Positions 56,997 to 64,000 of a DNA stretch of 64,000 nt are shown piece after piece. The position numbers were made by a program, and so were the translations under genes. The stretch comes from Patescibacteria group bacterium (lineage in GTDB: Bacteria > Patescibacteriota > JAQUNI01): assembly GCA_028717685.1 (NCBI GenBank), contig JAQUNI010000001.1, positions 271,451-335,450 on the forward strand, read 5' to 3'. Position 1 is the stretch's first letter, and every line of letters begins with the position of its first letter. The notes under the pieces were generated by a model. That model ran no database searches, was not told where the DNA came from, and saw nothing but the letters and a program-made list of their open reading frames with translations.

Positions 56997-58139
56997 TTAA
57001 TCCAACCTTAATGCATACACCCCGTTACCCGCGTCGGTAAAATAAAGTTTGTCTTCGGTGGATGAAAGCCAAAGGTTAGTGGCGTCAAATCTCGCGTCCG
57101 ATTCGGATTCATCATAAAGTTTTCGCTTTTCCCCGGTTTTGGTATTGATTTCCCAAAAATTATCAATGCTTTCATCGTCCACGCTCGCTTGCGCGCCAAG
57201 GGGCTCTGAAGGCACGGCGCAATAAAGCTTCTCACTCGTTTTATTCCAGACGCATTTCTCAATAAAGCTCTTGATCCCTAAATTATAATTGTTCGTCCCG
57301 GTCAAGTCAACGACCCAGAGATATTGTTCATAATTCTCCGCCGATACCGCCTCGTAAAGCAAACGACTGCCGTCCCGGCTCCACTTTGCTTTTTCGCCAT
57401 AGCCTTCTAAGCGGATCGGGACGCCCGCCGCCCCATCCTTATAAACCAGATAGACGCTGCGTTCCGCCCCGTAAGCGTAATTCTGCAATATCGCCACGGG
57501 TCCGTTTAATTGCGGCGAACTTCCGGCAAGCAGCTTGGCATAACCTAAATCCTTAATCTTTTCCCAGTTATTGCCATCCGCGTCCGCGATAATGAGCTGC
57601 CTTTCCCCTTCGTTTTCCTGCCACTCGTATACAATCTTAGTACCGTCGGCAAACCAGGAAAACTGGGTCGCGGCGGGCATTAGTTTAGTGGACTGACCCG
57701 TCCCCACATTAAAATGATAATGATCGCCATTCCCGAAACCCAGAATCGCCTGCGTCTTGTCCGGAGACCAAATTACCTCGCTGACATTAGTAAAAACACT
57801 GTCGCTGTAAGGAACGGCTTCTCTGCCATCTTGCAAGACGCGAAAAAACTTGCCTTGATCAACATCATAATAAACAATTTCATTGCCTTTCAAAGCGAAA
57901 CTTAAAACGCGATTCTCCACAACCTGGGTTACTTTAGAAACCTCGGGCACAATGGTTTGACCATTCGCTTGCGCTGGCGCCGTCGCTTGCGGCTCCGCAA
58001 CGGGAGCGGACGCGGAAGGGGCAGGAGGTAATTTTTGCGGCGGACTGGAAAAAAATAAAAGATAAATAAGCGATCCTAAAATCACCAGAATTAAAACGCC
58101 AATAATGATAAGGAAAACTTTACGGGACATAGTAGACAA
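56997..58139 (-). CDS. Membrane-anchored beta-propeller protein (TolB/PD40-like repeats)
   Basis: 380 aa. N-terminal TM, Pro/Ala linker, and repeated W..DG…Y motifs (VIWSPDKTQAILGF, SWFADGTKIVYE, KWSRDGSRLLYEA). Confidence 0.55.
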   Translation of the reverse strand: MSTMSRKVFLIIIGVLILVILGSLIYLLFFSSPPQKLPPAPSASAPVAEPQATAPAQANGQTIVPEVSKVTQVVENRVLSFALKGNEIVYYDVDQGKFFRVLQDGREAVPYSDSVFTNVSEVIWSPDKTQAILGFGNGDHYHFNVGTGQSTKLMPAATQFSWFADGTKIVYEWQENEGERQLIIADADGNNWEKIKDLGYAKLLAGSSPQLNGPVAILQNYAYGAERSVYLVYKDGAAGVPIRLEGYGEKAKWSRDGSRLLYEAVSAENYEQYLWVVDLTGTNNYNLGIKSFIEKCVWNKTSEKLYCAVPSEPLGAQASVDDESIDNFWEINTKTGEKRKLYDESESDARFDATNLWLSSTEDKLYFTDAGNGVYALRLD

Positions 58140-58388
58140 ATTAAAATGTAAAAATCTCCACCCTAGACGGATCGGCCTCGGGCCGAAAAATTAAAATGAC
58201 AGTGTAAAATTTTAAAATGAGAATTCACCATTTAAGATTTCATTGGAGGTCGCGCGAAAGCGCGACACGAGTCAGTGTCAGACTTTCGTCTTTACAGGGC
58301 CTTCGGTCTGACCTCCAAAGCGCGACGCGGTAAATACCGTGGCATGGATTCCCCTAAAATCAAGTTTTTTACTTAGCACAATCCATAA

Positions 58389-59609
58389 TTATTGTGTTTG
58401 TAACAGAACTGTATTGCACTTATAGTTATTACCATCTTTTTGACAAAGTCCATACTGGCCGCCTATTGCTTGTTGGCAAGCTCTTTCCATTGCAACATCT
58501 TTATCCGTACACTGCCGTGTGGGTTCGGAGGGGGATATTAACAGATGCGAGCTGCCATTGAAGCAAACTGCTGTCGGCGGCTTACTCCAATCAGCTGGGT
58601 TAATAGGTTTTCCGTGGCATTTTTCCCTTAAATCCTCTGTCCCCTTGTTAGAATCTCCACTACAGGTAGGGGAACAAATCTCGGTTAAACTAGAACATAG
58701 ATTTTTTCCTCCCAGGCAAAAACCATCTTTACCGTCTTTTTTACAAGGATACATTCCCTTGCAATTCAGATCTGGCACATCCTTGAGACGGGTGAAGCCG
58801 CATTCTGTGTCGTTGGTGCAAAGACTCTGAATATCTAGACATGTCACCACACCAACTTCTTCCAAACAAGTTCCCTGCTTATTGGTATTGATGGCGGTGT
58901 AGCAGGCCTTATTTTTACAAATAGTTTTCGGATTGCCATTGCATTCTTCAGCGCAATTGGTTTTGTCGACATCACAAGCGCAAATGCCGCCAACATTGGA
59001 TTGTGGCGCGCAATAGCCCGGTATGGCACCCTTTTTACAAACATCTCCTACTCGCTTTTTCAAGGCAGGACTGCATTCTGGCACCGAATCCGTGGGGCAG
59101 AAGGCGGCGCCGGCTGAATTATCTTGCTCAATCTTAGTCACTGCCTCCCTCAAACTCTCGGACAGCTTTTCGTTGTCCCACGTCAAATTAATTAAATCAG
59201 GATTCACAAACCTCAACAGGACAAAAGACGTTAAACCCAAAGCCAAGCCGCCGATAGCGTAAAAAATACGGGTCTTCGCTTGTTTCGCCTGATCCCCGCC
59301 CAAAGAGGTTAGGTATTGATAACCGCCGACCATTATCATCACCACTCCCGCGATCGCCATTAAGACTAAACCCAAGTCATAAAGAATGAAAATTAAAACC
59401 ACGGGATTTTTAATACAGCGGCCGTTCTGTGTGTAGTCTTTCAACGATCCTAACCCTGTCAAATTTCTATCAAATACAACTGGAAGGGGAAATTTTAACC
59501 AAGTCCCTTCCGTCTTTTCGCATTCTGTTTGAGTTGCGCGGCTGACGCTAGGCATAGCCAAACCGCCAAGGAAAATCACCAAGAAAATAAGGAAAAAATA
59601 TTTTTTCAT
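58389..59609 (-). CDS. Cys-rich polytopic membrane / secreted protein (signal peptide, two TM helices, about 250-aa Cys-rich extracellular domain)
   Basis: The real start is probably MKKYFFLIFLVIFLGGLAMPSVSRA at 59609. The track ORF N-terminal extension (to 59858) is the GC-rich repeat. The VirB2/TrbC-like topology call is an inference only. Confidence 0.55.
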   Translation of the reverse strand: MKKYFFLIFLVIFLGGLAMPSVSRATQTECEKTEGTWLKFPLPVVFDRNLTGLGSLKDYTQNGRCIKNPVVLIFILYDLGLVLMAIAGVVMIMVGGYQYLTSLGGDQAKQAKTRIFYAIGGLALGLTSFVLLRFVNPDLINLTWDNEKLSESLREAVTKIEQDNSAGAAFCPTDSVPECSPALKKRVGDVCKKGAIPGYCAPQSNVGGICACDVDKTNCAEECNGNPKTICKNKACYTAINTNKQGTCLEEVGVVTCLDIQSLCTNDTECGFTRLKDVPDLNCKGMYPCKKDGKDGFCLGGKNLCSSLTEICSPTCSGDSNKGTEDLREKCHGKPINPADWSKPPTAVCFNGSSHLLISPSEPTRQCTDKDVAMERACQQAIGGQYGLCQKDGNNYKCNTVLLQTQ

Positions 59610-59649
59610 AAGAATTTGTGTTTTGAGATTTGAGTGCTGTGAATTATGG

Positions 59650-59800
59650 AACTTTCGTAAAATCATAAAATATTCATGAGGAGCCTCTCCCTCCCCCTCT
59701 TGTCTCCCCTCTTCGGGCAAGGGGAGTGAAAATCTTCCTCCCCTTGGAAAGCGGGAGGTGGGGTGGGGTTCTGGGTTTTTCCAAATAAAGTGAATTTCAT
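59650..59800. repeat. GC-rich multi-hairpin repeat, copy 2
   Basis: CTCCCCT-cttcgggca-AGGGGAG and CCTCCCC-ttggaaag-CGGGAGG. See 54117-54360. Confidence 0.6.
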
Positions 59801-59830
59801 AATTCAAGATAAAAAATAGAATGCTGCAAA

Positions 59831-61339
59831 TTATGGCGGAGTCAAATTCTCCGCGCAATCACACTCCGCGTCCTTGATGCTCAAATGAATATGATTAGCA
59901 CTTGTGGTCTCGTTCAGAAAACCCGCGTCAAGATTCATCTGTGTGCCACACAAACTTGCTTCCGCCCTTAACCGGACATAGATTTGATCACCAATTTTAT
60001 TTCTTTTTGTGCTATCAACAGGTTGAACATCAAAAGCCACTGACTGGTTGCAATTATGCCCTCCATAATGGCAGGACCATTGACCATGGGCGCAGGCGGG
60101 ATCGGTCCAGTTATTTCCCTGACAGGTGGCAAGACCCGCGCCATCAGAAAGAGAGGTAACCTGCCAGGCATTAGTGTCAGCAGGAAAACCGCTATGAATA
60201 CAATTAATAAAATCAATGAGCTGCGGATCCGCTTCATTTAACTGACTACCCCCCGCGACCAAATTAGCTTGCCAGCCATTGGGCTCTCCCGTCTCGCCAG
60301 AAGATCCATAAGAAGAACCGCCCAGATTGCCATAGCCCATGCCCCCTGGCGTTTTAAAAACAGAGCAGAAAGCCTGACCCGAAGCAGTGCCGTCACAGTC
60401 TTTTTGCGCTTTGACATAAAAAACAATTACTACCACTAAGATAATGACTAATATAATAATTGCGATAATAAGAGCCACTAACCCGCCTCCTGCCACTATC
60501 GCGGCGCCCGCCCTTGCAAGAGCAGAACCTGCCGCCCTTCCTGCGCCTCCCGCAGCTCTTCCCGCGGCTCCCGCGGCCGGACCCGCTTTTGGCACGGCAG
60601 CTCGCGGCCGAAGTTTGGCAGGAACTTTGATTTTCGCAGGTTTTTTGGGCGCTATTTTCTCCGGCTGCCGCAACTCCTTCAAACGTCTCTGAAATTCTGC
60701 TTCTTTTCTTCTTTTTTTTATCTCTTTCTTACCCCTCTCTTCTGCCGCCTTCTTTATCCTGTCCATTATATCTTCGCCTTCCTCCTCTTCGCCTGCTCCC
60801 TCCCCCTCCACCTCCCCCTCGGGCAGGGGGAGAGCCTCTCCTTCCCCTTCTTCGCCCGCTCCCTCGCCCTCCCCTTCTTCCTCCGGAACTTCCCCGAATT
60901 CCGGGACTTCCTCTTTTTCCTCTTTCTCTTGGTCTGCCGCTGGCTTCTCCTCTTTCTCCTTGCCCACGCCCTGACCGGATAAAGCTTCTCTCCTTTTATA
61001 TTCTTCCTCCTGCCTTCTTGCTTCCTCTTCTCGTGCCGCTTGGCGGGCAAGATAGCTTTTCTTTTTTGCCTTTGCCGCTATTCCAGCCACCGCGGCTCCT
61101 ATTGCTACCTTTTTAATCCTGCGCCGCGCTGTGTCCCATTGCTTCTTATATTCCTCATCCAAAACGCCAGCAACCCCTTGATCTCCTTCCTCGGTAATGC
61201 GAGTATCTTTGCGCTTAATCGGGGTTCCGCGAGTCCCGCGTCCTACTGCCTTGAGCGACGCGGACTTTTGCACATCTATATCCATATTCTTACCGCTAAA
61301 ATCAATATTTTGTCCTTGAGAATTATCACGTTCTGCCAT
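59831..61339 (-). CDS. Bitopic membrane protein. Cytoplasmic K/E-rich region with acidic GEGEGAGEE repeats, Ala/Gly-rich tract, one TM helix, about 190-aa Cys-containing extracellular domain.
   Basis: 502 aa. TM helix LVALIIAIIILVIILVVVIVFYV. The C-terminal domain is CDGTASGQAFCS…CQGNNWTDPACAHGQWSCHYGGHNCNQ…HIHLSIKDAECDC. Confidence 0.6.
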   Translation of the reverse strand: MAERDNSQGQNIDFSGKNMDIDVQKSASLKAVGRGTRGTPIKRKDTRITEEGDQGVAGVLDEEYKKQWDTARRRIKKVAIGAAVAGIAAKAKKKSYLARQAAREEEARRQEEEYKRREALSGQGVGKEKEEKPAADQEKEEKEEVPEFGEVPEEEGEGEGAGEEGEGEALPLPEGEVEGEGAGEEEEGEDIMDRIKKAAEERGKKEIKKRRKEAEFQRRLKELRQPEKIAPKKPAKIKVPAKLRPRAAVPKAGPAAGAAGRAAGGAGRAAGSALARAGAAIVAGGGLVALIIAIIILVIILVVVIVFYVKAQKDCDGTASGQAFCSVFKTPGGMGYGNLGGSSYGSSGETGEPNGWQANLVAGGSQLNEADPQLIDFINCIHSGFPADTNAWQVTSLSDGAGLATCQGNNWTDPACAHGQWSCHYGGHNCNQSVAFDVQPVDSTKRNKIGDQIYVRLRAEASLCGTQMNLDAGFLNETTSANHIHLSIKDAECDCAENLTPP

Positions 61340-61357
61340 AATGTTTTTTAGAAAATT

Positions 61358-61954
61358 TTAATCCGCCCAAGAAGCGCGATCCACCCTCCATTCATCTTGA
61401 CCGGCGAGGTTCGTTTCCACGACCAAATTTAAAAGAAGATTGGCATAATGGCTCTCGCTTACTTCACCCCTTTGGATCGTGCGCTCGGTTACTGCTAAAA
61501 TCTTTGCTTGTTTCTTCTCTTGGCTCAAAACAACTGTTTCCAAGACCATGGTTTTCCATTCAAATGGTAAGCCGCTATATCGTTCAGCGCATTGTTCTTC
61601 AATGATGCCTTCAGACTCGGCGCGGAAACGGCCCGACATATAATCTAAAAGAGCTTTGATGTTTTGACAATTATCCGCGCTGGAAAAAGTGCCCCACACC
61701 TCCGTAAAATCGCGGGCTAAGGTTCTCAATTCTGATTCGGCATTTATCCCTTCATCAACAACATCCACGGCTTGCGGCGCTACGGGCAAAGACGGCGCGG
61801 AAGACGGGGTTGTCTCCGTCGCTATTCCCGAAGGAGTGATAGAAGGAGACGCGCTTCCATCCCCTGTTTTATTTTTGCAACCGAAACCCCCTGTCGTCAT
61901 CAGGATAAAACAGAGAGTCATAAAAATGGTGAATTTTTTATTTTTTAAAAGCAT
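61358..61954 (-). CDS. Lipoprotein (NTF2-like; possible VirB8/TcpC-type T4SS component)
   Basis: Lipobox TTGGFGC, a Ser/Pro-rich linker, and a roughly 120-aa alpha+beta domain. Confidence 0.5.
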   Translation of the reverse strand: MLLKNKKFTIFMTLCFILMTTGGFGCKNKTGDGSASPSITPSGIATETTPSSAPSLPVAPQAVDVVDEGINAESELRTLARDFTEVWGTFSSADNCQNIKALLDYMSGRFRAESEGIIEEQCAERYSGLPFEWKTMVLETVVLSQEKKQAKILAVTERTIQRGEVSESHYANLLLNLVVETNLAGQDEWRVDRASWAD

Positions 61955-62124
61955 GCTTAAAGGATAATTTTCAATTTCTAATTTCTAATTTTTATTAAAT
62001 TTTCAATGAATCAATTTTTAATGCTTAAATAATTTAGAGGACTGAATAATTTCGAAAGACTGTTTAGAAATTTAAGAATTAAAAATTGATTAAAAATTAA
62101 AAAATAAAAATTAAAAATTTATCA

Positions 62125-64000
62125 TCACTCTGCGCTTTTTGTCTCATCTTCATTTAACTCCATACCTTCGTTTGCTGACATTTCCACACCATTTTGCCCT
62201 TGCGCTCGCGCGAAATCTTCCTTCGCGCGGGCAATCTCAATCAACTGCTTCGGGTCGGAAGTAATAATCTGGTCCTCGGAATAAGAAGCGACGATTTTAA
62301 TCGCCACATGCTTATTGCCGGCAAAGAAGATGCCCTCGCCCACATCCGAAGCTAAAAGCAAATATTTCTCTTCTTGGGTGAGATGGAAAACAGAGGCGAC
62401 CAAATCAATCGCGGCTGGGGATTGCCGCAGAAGGAGCTGAATTGAAGAATTAGTAACAATCGCCTGACCATGCCGCGTGGATAAGAAGTCATTAACGTCC
62501 TGGCTAATCGTAGTCAAACCGAGATAATATTTACGCGCTCTCTTGGCAATAGAAAAAAGAAACATCGCGGAATCTTCATGCTCCATCAGCCACCACGCCT
62601 CATCCACCATCAGAATCCTTTTTTTGAGTTCTGCCCGCACAATATTCCAGATATAATTCAAAACAATATACATCCCAATCGGACGCAGTTCGTCTTCCAA
62701 ATCGCGGATACTGAAAACGACGAACTGCTTGTCCAGACTGATATTAGTCGGCTCGTTAAATATGCCCGCGAAAGTCCCCTCGGTAAATTTAGAAAAAACC
62801 TGGGCAATGCTCTGCGCCCCTTCGGTGCTTTGCAAAATACGCTCAAAGTCCGTCATCGTCGGCATTTCTTTGCCCTCCCAAGAAGTATCAGGCGTAATGC
62901 CTTTGGAAGCATAAGTTTGAATCAATACTTCATCCAGCAGGGCGTCAGCTTCAGGGGTGATGCCGCCTAAGATTAATTTTGCCAACCCTTTAAGATTAAT
63001 AATCGCCTCCCGTAAAATATCAGTGGGATTAGTTTCGTGGGAGGCAATGGTTAAATCAAAGGGGTTAATGCGATAAGGAGAGGCTAAAGAAATTTCCAAA
63101 AAGCTCCCTCCCACCGCGTTCGCCAAATATTTATATTCATTTTCAGGGTCAATCACTAAAACATCCGCCCCCAGCATTAGGCTGCGCAAAATCTCTAGTT
63201 TAATCGCATAGCTTTTCCCCGCTCCGGATTTTCCGAAAACGACTGCGTTCGCGTTTTCCAAGGAAAAACGATCAAAAAGGACTAAACTATTATTGTGGCG
63301 GTTGATGCCGTAGAGAACTCCCTCGTTAGAAGAAAGTTCATAGGACACGAAGGGAAAACTCGTGGACAGAGGGGAGGTATTGAGATTATTGGTGATAAAA
63401 ATCTCATCATTGCCCAAGGGAAGGGTGGAAATAAAACCCTGTTCGGCTTGGAAAACCGCCTGTTTGGTGTAAATCAAACGCGAACCGAGGAGATTTTCCA
63501 CTCTCTTCGTATTTTTATTTAATTGTTTTAAGGAACTGCCATAGATTGTAATGTAGAGAGCGAACTTAAACAACCTCTCGGTCCCCTGCTGCAGAGAATC
63601 GCGCAAGGCTTCCACATTCTTGTAGGCATTTTCCAAAACCGGATTGCGCACCTTGCCATGCTCCTGCTCCACCGCGATACTAGAAGATATCTTAGCTAGA
63701 GTTTTGGTGAGATTCTTCAAAACCGTGTTTGAGCTTTGGGGATAAATGAACATCCCAACATCAAAAATGGCGTCCATATTGATCACCGGCGTAAACCAAT
63801 CCGTATGCAAATAACGCGGATAAGTATAAACAAAGAGGGTGCGGGAAAAATACTCGCCAATCTGGACATAGCGCGAAGTAACGCGCATTGCCGAAGGGGC
63901 TAAGAGATCTCGCAAGGTCGCTACCCCTTCCAAATATGCCTTTTGCGCCTCCAGAATATTAATCTTCTCCTCCTGGCTTAAACCTAAACGCGAAGGCGCG
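62125..64000 (-). CDS. VirB4/TrbE-like type IV secretion ATPase (5'-partial; continues beyond the window)
   Basis: Walker A VFGKSGAGKSY. VirB4 signature VLVIDPENEY. Walker B ILMVDEAWWLM. The ORF is open to the window edge; the 'M' at 63933 in the track is a TTG codon within a longer open frame. Confidence 0.75.
   Translation of the reverse strand, partial: APSRLGLSQEEKINILEAQKAYLEGVATLRDLLAPSAMRVTSRYVQIGEYFSRTLFVYTYPRYLHTDWFTPVINMDAIFDVGMFIYPQSSNTVLKNLTKTLAKISSSIAVEQEHGKVRNPVLENAYKNVEALRDSLQQGTERLFKFALYITIYGSSLKQLNKNTKRVENLLGSRLIYTKQAVFQAEQGFISTLPLGNDEIFITNNLNTSPLSTSFPFVSYELSSNEGVLYGINRHNNSLVLFDRFSLENANAVVFGKSGAGKSYAIKLEILRSLMLGADVLVIDPENEYKYLANAVGGSFLEISLASPYRINPFDLTIASHETNPTDILREAIINLKGLAKLILGGITPEADALLDEVLIQTYASKGITPDTSWEGKEMPTMTDFERILQSTEGAQSIAQVFSKFTEGTFAGIFNEPTNISLDKQFVVFSIRDLEDELRPIGMYIVLNYIWNIVRAELKKRILMVDEAWWLMEHEDSAMFLFSIAKRARKYYLGLTTISQDVNDFLSTRHGQAIVTNSSIQLLLRQSPAAIDLVASVFHLTQEEKYLLLASDVGEGIFFAGNKHVAIKIVASYSEDQIITSDPKQLIEIARAKEDFARAQGQNGVEMSANEGMELNEDETKSAE

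Noticed and set aside
59831-61339. Possible peptidoglycan hydrolase (VirB1-like/CHAP) assignment for the extracellular domain of the bitopic protein
   Set aside because: Cys and His residues are present, but no recognisable CHAP/NlpC-P60 or lytic-transglycosylase motif could be identified by eye, so it is left as hypothetical.

Overview
This is a 64 kb window that is AT-rich between genes and has short, tightly packed, mostly minus-strand genes. The gene set (gatCA, ligA, tgt, rsmI, radA, recG, rmuC, a 'four helix bundle' protein, a large type IV pilus locus, a T4SS-like ATPase) looks like a Patescibacteria/CPR-type (or similarly small-genome) bacterium. The lineage is an inference from gene content only.

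Layout from left to right:
1. 1-8.7 kb: small secreted and membrane proteins, plus one giant secreted LVIVD-repeat/metallophosphoesterase protein.
2. 8.7-21.5 kb: DNA-maintenance and translation genes (UvrD-like helicase-nuclease, rmuC, rsmI, tgt, gatCA, ligA) around three minus-strand tRNAs (Asp, Met x2).
3. 21.5-30.3 kb: an accessory cell-surface island. It holds two paralogous Cys-rich secreted proteins with near-identical Fn3-like C-termini, a dockerin-like protein, a PKD-like secreted protein, and three paralogous small membrane-anchored proteins.
4. 30.4-44.4 kb: a complete type IV pilus locus on the minus strand (pilM-pilB-pilT-pilC, three tandem major-pilin paralogs, pilD, a response regulator, pilN/pilO, and four minor pilin/PilX-like genes).
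5. 44.6-53.1 kb: ClpC/ClpB-family ATPase, comFC, a tRNA cluster (Ser, Ser, Arg), a small GIY-YIG protein, and recG.
6. 54.3-64 kb: radA, then a DsbA-like oxidoreductase, a TolB-like propeller, a Cys-rich polytopic protein, a bitopic acidic-repeat protein, a lipoprotein and a VirB4-like ATPase that runs off the window end. This last group looks like a T4SS-like or surface-secretion cluster.

Most unusual observations:
- An apparent 'tRNA within a tRNA' at 48164-48371. The two halves of a class-II Ser-like tRNA pair around a complete tRNA-Ser(TGA).
- Several dispersed structured repeat families: two GC-rich hairpin families, an AT-rich roughly 110-nt repeat, NAGGAAT heptamer arrays, and 21-nt tandem repeats.
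- The paired 'small membrane protein + large secreted protein' modules in the surface island.
- A nested palindromic operator-like site upstream of the Clp ATPase gene.

No CRISPR arrays, rRNAs, transposases or integrases were recognised.
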